Source: Vicugna vicugna (Eukaryota). Taken from it: 64,000 bases of DNA. How positions within the stretch are numbered: position 1 is the stretch's first letter; each line of letters opens with the position of its first letter. The translations under genes were made by a program, and so were the position numbers. The notes below the pieces were generated by a model that was given only the letters and a program-made list of their open reading frames with translations, was not told where the DNA came from and did not search any database. Below, one piece after another: positions 13,049 through 26,558 of the stretch. The DNA lies in NCBI GenBank assembly GCA_013265495.1, contig MU058252.1, positions 1 through 64,000 of the forward strand. Reading direction: 5' to 3'.

Positions 13049-13695
13049 CTAAATGTTTTGCTGGGAGTAATGGTAAGCCTTGTTGCTGTAATAATGGCCA
13101 CCATTTTCCCACAGGACTGCATCGATTTCCACCATGAGCTCCTTTAGCTGGGCCTCCTGCTCTGCCCCCTCTGCCTTGTTGTTGAAGCCACAGTGTCGCC
13201 GCTCACAATTCAAGTCCAGCTTGGCAAGTTTCCGGTTGTCGGTCTCTCGCAGGTACTCTCCCAGTGAGCCGCCGTCCAGATCTTCCTTCCGCGTGAACAC
13301 CAGGATGGTGTGGGCCATGACGCCCTTCCCGAAGACCTCCTGGAGGCGCAGGACCACATTCTGATCCTCCTCCGTGAACGAGCCCAGCTGTATCACTAGG
13401 AGCACCGCGTGGGGCCCCGGGGAGGAGCAGGCAATGGCTTCACAGATGCCCTGATTGGCCACTTGCGGCGCCACGCCAGGGGACAGAATGTCGGGAGTGT
13501 CGATGACCTCAAGCTCCCTCCCAGCCCACGCTCGGCGCCCCCGCTGGACCTCCTGGGTCACCGGTCTAGCACTGAGTTTGGACTCGAATTCTTTCCGGCC
13601 AAGGATGCTATTTCCTGTTGCACTTTTCCCACTTCCGGATTTCCCTACCAGGATCAGCCTCAGCCTCTGTGGAGTCTGTTCATCCTCCCTCAAAC
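13049..13695 (-). CDS. GIMAP6: GIMAP6 last coding exon (AIG1-type G domain)
   Basis: Acceptor ttctag|GT at 13696/13695. Encodes [33 protein letters not shown]...DTPD...PGPHAVLLV...FTRKEDL...RHCGFNNKA...[14 protein letters not shown], closely resembling human GIMAP6. TAG stop at 13049-13051. Its minus orientation relative to the other GIMAPs fits GIMAP6. Confidence 0.95.
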
Positions 13696-13825
13696 CTAGA
13701 AGCATTGAGAGAAGGTGGGGGACTGGGGTTAGAGCCCAGACATCCACTTTAGTCTCATCAGGGGCAGACTGTCATGGTGAGGACAGGAGAGAGGAAGCCC
13801 TGGGACCTGCCCTGGATTCACTTTC

Positions 13826-13960
13826 TCCCTCCTTCCCTTGTTCCCTCCCTCCCTTCCTTCCTCCCTCCCTCCCTTCCTTCCTTTCCCTTCCTTCCTTCCT
13901 TCCTTTCTCTTTCCCTCTTCCCCCCATCTCTCCCCCCTCCTTCTTTCCTTTCTTTTTTTA
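13826..13960. repeat. (TTCC/CCCT)n polypyrimidine simple repeat
   Basis: Degenerate TTCC/CCCT tract directly visible in GIMAP6 intron 2. Confidence 0.85.
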
Positions 13961-14500
13961 TTATGGTAGAATATACATAACATACAATTTAACATTTTAA
14001 TCATTTTAGGTGTACAATTCACGAGCATTAAGTACACTTACATGGTGGTGCAATCATCATCACTATAAATCTCAAGAATTTTTCATCTTCCCAAACTGAA
14101 ACCCTGTACCCATCAAACACTCAATCCCCATTCCTCCCTTCCCCTAACACCTGATAACCACTCTTCTACTTTCTGTCTTCGTGTGTTTGACTATTCCAGG
14201 TACCTTATATAAGTGGAATCAGGCAATATTTACCCTTTTGTGTCTGGCTTATTTCACTTAGCATAATGTTTTCAAGGTTCATCCATGTTGTAGGAAGTAT
14301 CAGAATTTCCTTCCTTTTTAAGAATGAATAATATTCCATTGTAGGTATAGACCATATTTTGTTTATTCATATATATGGACATTTGGGTTGCTTCCACCTT
14401 TTTGCTATAGTGAATAACACTGCTATGAAACTTAGTGTACATTTGTGTAATGCCTGCTTGAGTCTCTGCTTTCAATTCTTTTGGAATTGCTGGGTCATAT
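13960..14500 (-). mobile_element. L1MB-like 3' end fragment
   Basis: Typical L1M 3'UTR motifs (CATCTTCCCAAACTGAAACC, GTGGAATCA, TTTCACTTAGCATAATG). Confidence 0.7.
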
Positions 14501-16098
14501 GGTGGAAGACCACATTTTATGTTTAGGTTTTGAACCATATTCTCAGGGTTACCTGTTCTCACCCACATGGGAACCATCCCATCCTGCATACGGACCCTGA
14601 GCTATTCACCTACTGATTGGAGACCCTTCTCAGTAAGAGTGGTGAGATTGTAAAGACGCAGCCTCTGTGTCTGTCCTCTCCCTGACATGATCGACCACAT
14701 CACCCCACGTCAGTTTTCCCAAATGGGAGTGTTGTGAGGGTGGGGCCTTTTTAGACAGCCCTCCAGCTCCACAGCACAGAAGTATACTGGGGTCACATTC
14801 TTAAATGACACTCTTGAGATTTGGGCTGGACATTCTCACCCAGCAGAGTATCAGAACCACCAGCTCAGAGAAGATTTGGTCATGCCTGTCTAATATTGAG
14901 AAACACAGTACCCAGATTTTTAGGTATGACTGGGGCTGGAGAGACAGGAAGAGAACTCCTTTCTCCTGGCCTTGCAGGTCCCAAGACCCAGAGCATCTAG
15001 AGAAGTGCCAAATTCTAGCTGGTTTCCAAGTCTGTTCCACGTTGAAGACACTGATGTGTCTCAGTGACACAGCCCTCAGCCTCCTGAAGGCAGGATTGGC
15101 ACTGCCTTCTTCTGTATCTCCCTGGCAATGACATGTTCTTGCTACCTTTCTCCATCAGCTGGCTGACCCCTCAACCAATTCTGACTGGATAATATCAGCT
15201 CACTTCAGCTTCCCTCAGGTGGCTTGAAAGGAATTGGAGTGAATGGGTGGGAGTTTCACAAAAGCAGGGAAGGCGAAAGGTTCATCTCTCTCCAGTGCAA
15301 AGCTGGACGAAGACGGTGGTCTCCCATGTGGACAAGCCTAAAGGACTCCTATCACTCAACTTTAAAGCCAAATACATCCCTTGAGCCCTAAAGAGGATTT
15401 TTAAAGTAATATTAAACCTTGAATGCTGCCCAAAAGGGCAAATCAGTTGTCAGCAATTGCACTATAATTTTCCTATGCAGCTAACTAATATGACTCTCAC
15501 TGGCTCAGGCCATTGAAGTTCATATAGTAAATCGTTTGTGATGAATCACCATATACATCTTCTGGCCAGAAAAGTGGATAGATTTCCAGCATTCCAAAAT
15601 TCCTAAATTCTGTCTCCCCAGGTTAGATGGCAGAGTTGAGCCCATAAAAGTTAAGCCCCTGGGTCCTGATGCAACAGCTTTTGGGGGGAAAGGAGTCACC
15701 TGGGAAGATGGAGCCCAGTCCTGCGGGCGCCGTAGCACACCCTGTATGTTTGCTAAAGACTTGCAGCCCTTGTGACCCTGAGGGCTCTCACACCTGAGCC
15801 ACCTGACTCCTACACAGGGATCTGTTTGGCTTCCAACCTCTGGCTGGGGTGTCATCTTGCCACGTTCTTCCTGAGACTCAGTGAAGGGGCTGTTGGTGCT
15901 CTCTGCACCTACAGGGGCCTCTTCCCTCCTATCTGGCCAGGGTGAAGGGAGGCCACCCCCAAATGCCCTCTGATGGCTGCCCAGGTGGGCACATCTACCA
16001 GGTGGGACCCCCGCTGCCTCTCCCAATGCCCCATGTGCCCCTCATACGTCCCCTGGCCAGCCTCTCTTGGCCACGCTTCTCTCAAGTTCACATTCTAC

Positions 16099-16183
16099 CT
16101 CCGGACACGTCTTGTGTGGGATCCAGAGACAGCACTGCTCCAAGATTCTCCTGGAGAATCAGTTTGTATTCTCCTTCCTCCGT
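16099..16183 (-). CDS. GIMAP6: GIMAP6 coding exon 2 (85 bp)
   Basis: ttttttctag|ACG GAG GAA GGA GAA TAC ... TCC GGA G|gtagaa encodes TEEGEYKLILQENLGAVLSLDPTQDVSG(G), homologous to human [28 protein letters not shown]. Its phase-1 end matches the next exon. Confidence 0.9.
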
Positions 16184-17586
16184 CTAGAAAAAAAGAATAT
16201 GTTTCACTGATTTTTCCACCCAGTTTTAAGAGGCACCTGACTTGGCCGTTCTCTTGTCAAAAGGAAGTTGTTTGTATTGGTTTGGTGGGAAGCAGATTGG
16301 GTGTGGGAGGGAAGGTTTGAGATGCCCTCTACCTCCTTTAGGGACCCTGTTTCCCCCCTCTCTCCCCCTGCACTGGGGTCTCCATTTTGGAGCAATTCTG
16401 GGAGAAGGAGACACGTACCCCGACAGACTGTCCTGGGAGCAGTGCCCGACGTGCTGCGAGGGTGTGAGCAGGAAGGTGCTGGTGGGGCTGGTGAGGGGCT
16501 CTTGGGGCCAGAATGATCTGTAGGAGAGCTTGGCAGTGATGATAATGGAGGCAAGAGCTGGGCAAGGAGGAGACGACAGCAGCACATAGGCTTCCTCTCC
16601 GTGTGGAGCCCAGGCCTGCTGGGAGCCAGGGGACCTCTGTACTCATCTCCACGGCCACTGACTAGGATGGCCACAGTGTCCCTGGAAGTGGAAACCCTGG
16701 GCCTGAACTGAATGACCCTGAGATCTTTTCCCTCTAGGGAGGGAATTGCAGGGCCCCACGACTGTTTTTCTGGGACTCAGAGACAGTATTCACAGTTAGA
16801 TGCTTGGCCCCAGATGAAGGCTGTGGGTTGAAAGGAAGCCTAACTACAAGGGCAGGGGTGGGGGCGCTCCATAGACCCAGCATTCCCATCACTACAGTAT
16901 CCTTTGAGGGCTATGGCTCTCTGGTAACCTGGCCACGCACAGCAGTCCTGGCCAGATCCCAGGGGTGGTGGGGGAAGGCAGAGTGGCTGCAGGTCTGTGG
17001 GCTCAGTACTGTCAGCTCTAACCCATGGCCCAGCCCAGTAAGTCTGGGGACTTCCCAGGGAAAGAGAGTGACCCACCAAGTGAACATCTTCACCCAGACC
17101 TGATCAGCAACATTCTTATAAGGATGCAGGGTTTTACCTCTCAAAGGGGCTTCTGTCTCTACAAACTGTAGACCCTCAATCTCTTTGTCCTTGGCTCCCT
17201 TACATCCTTGATAGAAACTGAGGGAGTCCTTCACCAATGAAACCTCATCACTCCTTTAGAGAGAAGGCGCGTGTAACTGAAGGTAGAGGCTGGGCCAGGA
17301 CCAGGGTAGGGTGTGTGAGGCACCTGGAGAGTGAAATCCACGGGCCCTGTGCTCCACCCCAGCTCTTTGGGCCTCCCCACCAACAGTGACACATGTTTGC
17401 CATTCTCCACATGTTTCTGTCTCCAACATGGACCGCAGAGGGGACACATCACCCTTGTGAGGTTTCTCGGGGTAAAAGTGAAACTCAGAAGCATCTTGCC
17501 CAAGAGTAAGCAGTGAGTTTGAGGCAAAGCAGAAAGGGGACAAGGTTCTCCTGACTTTTTAGTCCTGGCTCTTTCTATTGTACCTC

Positions 17587-18197
17587 AAACACACACTCAC
17601 ACACACACTCACAAATATATGAATACACAAACACACATACACAAACACAACACAAACCACTTACACACATACACTCACAAACGTACACACACAAATAGCA
17701 CACACAGATATACACAACACACAGACTCACAAACATAACACACACATATGCTCACCAACATACACACACACATACAAACATAAAACACATACACCACTCA
17801 CACAAATATACTCACAATAAACACGTACACAGAAACATAACACAAACACAACGTAACGTACAAACACACACACACTCACAAACGTACAAACACACACAAA
17901 CAATATACACATATATACACAACACACATCAACACGCATATATGCAAACAAAGCACACATATATGCTCATCAACATACAAACACATATATACACAGCACA
18001 CCAACACAAACACAAGACACATATGCCACTCACACACATACACTCACAAACGTACACACATATAAACAAATCTACCACACACACAAACAGAACAGACACA
18101 GAAAACACATCTACACACACACAGACATATGTACATACAAACACACCACCCACATCACCCACACAATACACATCTAAACATGACACACACACACACA
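17587..18197. repeat. CA-rich low-complexity tract (~600 bp) in GIMAP6 intron 1
   Basis: Degenerate (CA)n/ACAC sequence directly visible. Confidence 0.9.
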
Positions 18198-18220
18198 GTT
18201 CCACCACACACTGGACTTAC

Positions 18221-18403
18221 CACCCTGCTGCCTGTTGGGCAGGAAGAATGGCCGTGTTTCCTGTTTCCTTGGGGCCTGCATTCTCGCGAGCTCTTCGTTT
18301 CTCCTTGCAGAGGTGATGCCTTGCAGGCTATTGGGGACCCTGAACGGAAGAGACAGCTTATAGTTCCCCAGGCAGCTGAATACATAGAGGACAGTGCTTC
18401 CAT
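18221..18403 (-). CDS. GIMAP6: GIMAP6 coding exon 1 (61-aa N-terminal extension)
   Basis: ATG in strong Kozak context (aaaATGG) at 18403, then 183 nt open to a consensus donor GTG|gtaagt at 18221/18220. It is phase 0, in frame with exon 2. Spliced CDS is 183+85+647=915 nt = 304 aa plus stop. Confidence 0.75.
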
Positions 18404-18429
18404 TTTTGGAGCAAAATGTGAGCTGAAGT

Positions 18430-18780
18430 CTCAGCTCAAGAACTGGCCTTGAAGAGCGACTGTCAGCTCTGAGGTGGAGGGAACAGGAAGCGGTGGGAAC
18501 ACCCGGGCTAGGCACCTCCTCTCCCCCCCCCCGCCCCCACCGAGTCAGAGAGCTGTGCTGTTTGCATTTTGTCAGCAGCCATGGTAACATCAACAAGAAA
18601 AAACAGAACACGCATATTGTTCTTTTTATCCTAAAATAGGACAACTAGAACTTAGAGGCTTAAAACAAAGCAACAGATCTTTCAGAAAATTTTGTGCCAG
18701 GGGAATGATTTTTTAACAATTTCCTCCCTTTTTTGGAGAATTGGCCACTTCCTGCAGGTATCCCATACCTTCCCTAACAT
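18430..18780 (-). promoter_or_regulatory. Candidate GIMAP6 promoter/5'UTR
   Basis: Lies directly upstream of the exon-1 ATG, with a GC box CCCCGCCCC at ~18529-18537 and ETS motifs CAGGAAG (~18484) and ACTTCCTG (~18747). The TSS cannot be placed. Confidence 0.45.
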
Positions 18781-18988
18781 CGCAGATATTCACTGTCTCT
18801 CTGCCTCATCTAACTCCTCCTTCCTTTAGGTATTTTCTCTCCACACAAGGGCTTTGGACTTGAACTGTCACACGGGGTCATCCTGAGTCTTCAGATAGGA
18901 GCTATGCCACTGGCTCTTCAGGGTCTCCAGTCTGCTGACCCTCCAGCCTGGGACTTATCAGCTCCATAATCACATGCGCCAATTCTTT

Positions 18989-20005
18989 TTTTATTGAAGG
19001 ATAGTCAGTTTACAACGTTGTGTTAATTTCTGGTGTTCAGCACAGTGATTCAGTTATACATATATATTCCTTTTCATTTTCTTTTTCACTAGGTTATTTC
19101 AAGGTATTTCAATAGGTTATTACAAAGTATTGAATACAGTTCCTTGTGCTATGCAGTAGGAACTTGCTGTTTATCTATTTTATATACATTAGTATGTATC
19201 TGCTAATCCCAAACTCCCAATTTATCTCTCCACCCACCCTCCGTTTTCCCCCTGGTAACCATAAGTTTTTTTTTCTATGTCTATCAATCTGTTTCTGTTT
19301 TGTAAATAAGTTCACTTGTATCATTTTTTTAGATTCCACATATAAGTGACATCATAGGGTATTTGTCTTTGTCTTTCTGGCTTACTTCACTTAGTATGAC
19401 AATCTCCATGTCCATCCATGTCACTGCAAATGGCATTATTTTATTCTGTTTTATGGCTGAGTAGTATTCCATTGTATATAAAACTTCTTTATCCATTCAT
19501 CTGTCATGGACACTGTTGCTTTCATATTTTAGCTATTGTAAATAGTTCTGCTATGAACATTGGCGTGCATGTATCTTTTCGAATCAGAAATCCCTCCACA
19601 TTAATGTCCAGGAGTGGGATTGCTGAATCTTATGTTAAGTCTATTTTTAGTTTCTTAAGAAATCTCCCTACTGTTTTCCATAATGGCTACATCAAACTAC
19701 ATTCCCACCAACAATATAGGAGGGCTCCCTTTCACCACACCTTCTCCAGCATTTATTGTTTGTGGACTTTCAAATGATGGCCATTCTGACTGGTGTGAGG
19801 TGATACCTCATTGTAGTATTGACTTGCATTTCTCTAATAGTTAGGGATATTGAGCATTTTTTCATGTGCCTATTGGCCATCTGTATATCTTCACTAGAGA
19901 AAAGTTTGTTTAGGTCTTCTGCTCATTTTTGGTTTGGGTTGTTTATTTATTTATTTATTTATTTATGTTATTGAGTTGTATGAGCTATTTGTATATCCTC
20001 CCTGA
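18989..20005 (-). mobile_element. 5'-truncated L1 inserted into an MLT2-like LTR fragment
   Basis: L1 ORF2 C-terminus and 3'UTR on minus, TSD GCCAATTCTTT at 18978-18988 and 20006-20016. The flank 18850-18985 resembles MLT2 (CTCCATAATCACATGCGCCAATTC). Confidence 0.8.
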
Positions 20006-20369
20006 GCCAATTCTTTGTAGTAAATCTCCTTATATAGATGTGTGTATATAAACACACACATTCTGTGTCTGAATATTCCAAAATTGATGTCATACCTGAG
20101 TCCAATCCTAATGTTTGCTTTGTGGGTTTTGTCTTGCCTTTTAGCATGCCTTGTCACCTTATATAAAGCTGGAGATGATAGGTCAGATACTAAAAAGTGA
20201 GGTACATAGACCTCTGGTGTGAGGTTTATGTTCATCTGGCTAAGAGCTGGGCTATGTTTAATGTTTGCTGCAGCTGTAGGTGCTGGAGGCTTCAGTTTTC
20301 TCTGGTGCCCTTCTTTTGTCTCCCCTTCTGTCTGTGGGATTCCCTAAAACCCCTTCTTTTTTTCTCTCT

Positions 20370-22030
<1,661 letters not shown>

Positions 22031-22922
22031 CAGTTGTTTTTTAGCTTTTCCTCCTTTAGGTGATACTGGCCGAATTTGGTCACTTTTCACATTTTCCACT
22101 TCATCTTACCACATTGTCTTGCTCTTCCTGTATATTCCTCTGGCCTCGAAGAACTCTTTTCAGTTACTTGAATGCTTCATCACATCTTTTTTCTGTGCAA
22201 CTGCTGTAAAGAGCTGGAACCAAAATGCTTCCCAGGGAATATATTCTATTAAAATGATTTTGATAAAGATTTTGGAGGTTAATGGGGATCTTGAGGATTA
22301 AAATGTTCACTATTAACACCATTTTATCTTTTAAACTTTTTACTGGGGGAAATATATACTGAAACCATAAAAGACAAAGAAACTGCATGTATAAAAAATG
22401 TAAAGGTGGGTGTGAAATGATCACAGTTTGTAGATGCTATGAGTATCTATCTGGGAAAATCAAGAGAATAAACCAATAAGCTACTATAAACAATAGGAGA
22501 ATTTAATAAGTTGATGGATACAAAATTAAATAAAACCATAAAAATTGTCTAATGTACAAACAGCAGCCAGTTAGGTGTAATTTGTGATTTTTAAAGTAAC
22601 AACAAAAATGCCTAAGAACACACTTTAAAATTGTGTAAAAAATCTACATGAAGAAAGCTTTAAGAAACTCTGAGGATGTGAAGCAAACAGAACTTGCACA
22701 TGTTTAGTGAAAATGTATATTGGCAGAACCACTTTGGAAAACTGTGTAGTGTCTCAGAAACCTGAATATTACATGTAGTCAGTATTCACCATTCTACCCG
22801 GAGGTGCATACCCAGCAGAGATGTGTGCATGTGCCAACAATAGGTACTGTCTGCAATATTTATAGTGGGATATGCAGAATAGCAAAAAATTAGAAACAAT
22901 ATAAATGCCCTCACCACACGAA

Positions 22923-22970
22923 GGAAGGAAGGAAGGAAGGAAGGAAGGAAGGAAGGAAGGAAGGAAGGAA

Positions 22971-23011
<41 letters not shown>

Positions 23012-23082
23012 GAAAAGAAAGAGAGAAAGAAAGAAAAAGAAAGAGAGAAAGAAAGAAAACAAAGAAGAAAGAAAGAAGAAAA
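22923..23082 (+). repeat. (GGAA)13 followed by (GAAA)n microsatellite
   Basis: Directly visible. Confidence 0.95.
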
Positions 23083-24159
23083 ATAGTAACTATGTGAAGT
23101 GGGAACATATTAATTAGATTGGTTGTGGTGACTATTTTCCAATGTATGCCTATATCAAGCTCCAAGCTGTATACCTTAAGTAAATACAATTATAATTTGT
23201 CAATTATACCCCAAAAAAGCCAGGAAAGTAAAATATCTGGAAAAATAAATAAATAAATAAAATAATCTGGAAAATGAAAAAACAAAAATGTATGGTCCAA
23301 ATTAATGGGATTAATTATATAAATTGTATCTTCATATTTTTAAAATACTTTTAGATATTTAAATTACAAATTTAGATAATTATAAATTACATATAAACCA
23401 GGTTATATTCCTACAATGGGATAGTATACAGCAAAGAGAATGCTCAATGCTCAAGTTATAGCTACATATTGTAATATGGATAAATCTCAAAACATAATGG
23501 TAAGCAAAAAAAAAAAAGCCAGATACAAAAGTACATACAGTGCATGATTCCACTGATGTAGAGTACAAGAAGAGCTGAAACTAACCTCTACTATTGCAAG
23601 TTCAGCTGCAGGTCTCCCTTAGCAGACCTTTGGGATGCCAACAACGTTCTGTCTTTAGCTGAGCACTGGTTACTCAGGTGTGTTCAGTTTGTGAAAATCG
23701 ACGATTTAGTGAGCTGTAAACATAAATGAGCCCTTTGCCCTATGTATATAATTATACTTCAACCAAAACTTAAAATTGAAAACAATAATAGAAAAACATA
23801 ACTAATGAACACACACAATGACATAAACCAAAAAATGCAAATGTAAGTAATATGCCTGGAAAGAAATCTCTCATGAAAATTTTGGTACATTCTTCCTAGG
23901 TGTAGGGATCCACTTAATGGAATGCTGATTTTTTTAAAAGCCCCTATAATTTTGTTCTTTTATACTGGGTAGGGAAGTTGGTTCTAAATTACAGATATAA
24001 ATGTACCTGTAAGTATAGCCAGCTTCCAGAAGGACTAAAATAATCTCATATGATACAGTCACCAAGGAAAGGCCCCAAGCTCTACTTCCCACACCTGGGT
24101 CCCCATGATGCTAAGTCAGAACTCTCCTCCCTGGCTCTTCCCTGACTTCCCATTCAAGT

Positions 24160-24660
24160 CAGGGAGGAAGAATAGACTGTGTGCTTCGATGGGAGTCACT
24201 GGATGAGTTCAGCACAAGCAGATTCTGAGATGAAGATGTACATGCATGAAGGTTAGTTAGGAGTACTCTCGGGAGCAAAACCTGAGGGAGATGAAGGAAG
24301 CAGGACTGGACAGAAGGAAACACTTGGCTGTGATAAGTCACAACAAAGGCCCCAATCAGCCTCACTAGGAGCTCCAGCTGAGATGGTGGTGAGGGCTTTC
24401 CCAACCTGGGGCAAGAGGTCAGGCCTTTTTACCTCAACATCGACCAGTCATAAGATGTGACTGCCCTGGGAATAGGGGATGATCTTGGGAGAGGTGAATC
24501 TCCTCCGCTGACAGTGATCATGAGGGGCTGGCTGAAGATTATGGGGAGGAGGTCAGCTGTGAGTTATCAGTCATCAACCCTCCTATCAGCTGGGAGACTG
24601 GGGGCTTCAGTCCTGAAATTGTGTTGAGGGTGGATCTCAGTGGCAGACCACAGCATACAC
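24160..24660 (-). mobile_element. ERVL-type LTR relic (LTR33/LTR16-like)
   Basis: Motifs GCAGATTCTGAGATG, GGAAGCAGGACTGG and CATCGACCAGTCAT, recalled from ERVL LTR consensuses. A related copy lies in opposite orientation at ~47450-47820. Confidence 0.5.
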
Positions 24661-24685
24661 TATACTGAGCAACATTTGGGCCATT

Positions 24686-25483
24686 CCACCATCTTCCAAA
24701 AGTCTACAAATAATAAATGCTGGAGAAGGTATGGAGAAAAGGGAACACTTCTACACTGTTGGTGGGAATATAAATTGTGTAGCCACCATGGAGAACAGTA
24801 TGGAGGTTCCTTAAAGAACTAAAAATAGAGTTACCATATCCAGCAATCCCACTCCTGGGCATATATCTGGAAAAGGTGAAAACTCTAAATCAAAAAGATA
24901 TCTGCACCTCAGTGTTCATGGCAGCACTATTTATAATAGCCAAGACATGGAAGCAAACTAAACGTCCATTGACAGACTAATGGATAAAGAAGACATGGTA
25001 AATATATTTCATATATATATCTCATATGTATAATGGAATATTAGCCATAAAATGATACAATAATTCCATTTGCAGCAACATGGAGGGACCTAGAGATTAT
25101 CATACTAAGTGAAGTAAGTCAGACAGAGAAAGACAAATACCATATGATATCACTGACATGTGGAATGCAAAGAAATGACACAAATGAATTTATCTACAAA
25201 ACAAAGATACTAATAGACATAGAAAACAAACTTATGGTTATCAAAGGGGAAAGGGGAGGAAGGGATAAATTAGGAGTTTGGGATTAACAGATACACACTA
25301 CTATACATAAAATAGATAAATAATAAGGATCTACTGTATAGCACAGGGGACTATATTCAATATCTTGTAATAGCCTATAATGGAAAAGATTATGAAAAAA
25401 TATATATGTATATCTGAATCATTTTGCTTTACACCTGAAATTAATACAACTTTGTAAATCACCCATAATTCAATTTTTTTTAA
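24686..25483 (+). mobile_element. 5'-truncated L1 (ORF2 C-terminus plus 3'UTR)
   Basis: Encodes [10 protein letters not shown]...HCWWE followed by an L1 3'UTR. Probable TSD TTGGGCCATT at 24676-24685 and 25484-25493. Confidence 0.85.
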
Positions 25484-25679
25484 TTGGGCCATTTCTCAGG
25501 GTCTTCTGGAGCCAACACTAAAATTCAAAGCAATGACTGCTTTAGGAAATCTGGGTAGTACAGCAGGTACATGGAGGAAAAGATTTCATCTAGGCAACAC
25601 TGTGGCACCAATCAAATGACTGCGAAGTGTTTTCTTTTTCTCCTTAAACACAAAATGTTACTGTTGTCGACTCCACCCA

Positions 25680-25805
25680 ATCTGAACTTTCTGTGGTCAG
25701 AGGTTTCCGAGGGAGCAAACATAATTTTCTTCCCACGAAAGCAAATAACAATTCTGGTAGCTTTCTTAGAGAGAACTTGAGAGCACATCAGTCCTGCAAG
25801 AGAAG
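25680..25805 (+). promoter_or_regulatory. Candidate promoter and non-coding exon 1 of the GIMAP7-like gene
   Basis: Unique sequence with RUNX TGTGGT (25692-25697), TTC-N4-GAA (25730-25739) and a donor AAG|gtgaga at 25805/25806. The coding exon has an acceptor just before its ATG, so an upstream non-coding exon is required. Confidence 0.4.
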
Positions 25806-26353
25806 GTGAGAATGGCCAAGAAGAGAGACAAGTGAGCTTGTGAGTAGGTTGGGGGCCAGGGGGCCAGGAAGGGTGGGCACTAGGGAGGGGGCCTGAATGG
25901 GAGTGGAAAGGTTGTGGGAGGGGAAGCTAAGAGATTCATTTGTGTGATGTCCATACATCTCATTTTTAACAGGATAGACCTTTTTCTTATGTCTACAAAA
26001 GGTTAAATTTTATAAAAATTCTTAATAATATATTGTTAGATGTAAAAATCAGGATCTAAAATACATTACTGGTGCAAAAATAAGACAGAAAATGAAGAGA
26101 TGATGTTAATGGTTCATATGAAATAGCCTCCAATTTTAGAATGGAATTATATATCATTTTTATTCTCTTCTCAAACTGCTATTTCACTATTTTACTGAGT
26201 TTTCAACAATGTGCACATATTTTAATGACAAACATCTATCACAAAATGTATACAAAAGGTTAGTGTTTTTAGAAAATTTAAAACTTAAAGACACTAACTA
26301 AAAAAAAAAACAGATTTTTTTCTGGCATGATAGACACAAAATTGTGATTCTAG

Positions 26354-26558
26354 AGCAAGGTGCGCAAACTGGCCCCCCTGGGCTATAGCCAGCCTGCTAC
26401 CTGTTTGTGAATAAAGTTTCAATGTAACACAACTACCTCGCCCATTTCCTCATTTACTATGTACAGCTGCTCTGGCATTCCAACACCAGAGCTGAGTGGT
26501 TGAAACTGTAAAGTCTAAAATACTTACTGCTGGTCTTTTTAAAACTTGCCAACCTCTG
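26354..26558. mobile_element. MER58A-like hAT-Charlie MITE
   Basis: CAAACTGGCCC...CCTGTTTGTGAATAAAGTTT...TTGCCAACCTCTG pattern. Confidence 0.6.

Noticed and set aside
12427..13122. 231-aa minus-strand ORF overlapping the GIMAP6 end and 3'UTR
   Set aside because: It is an alternative frame in GC-rich sequence with no recognisable domain or separate transcript signals.
13696..13747. ORF-track N-terminus [17 protein letters not shown] for GIMAP6
   Set aside because: It is intronic read-through upstream of the acceptor at 13695. The same applies to the 29451 and 54886 ORF starts.
17727..18316. Cys/Val-rich and His/Thr-rich ORFs
   Set aside because: They are translations of the CA/TG low-complexity tract. 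The ORFs over the GGAA/GAAA repeats at 22769-23189 and 43672-43875 are likewise artefacts.
12905..18403. GIMAP6 as a pseudogene (lost ATG, premature stops)
   Set aside because: An in-frame upstream ATG, intact splice sites and an uninterrupted G domain give a 304-aa ORF with the stop in the last exon. Decay is not excluded but is not required.
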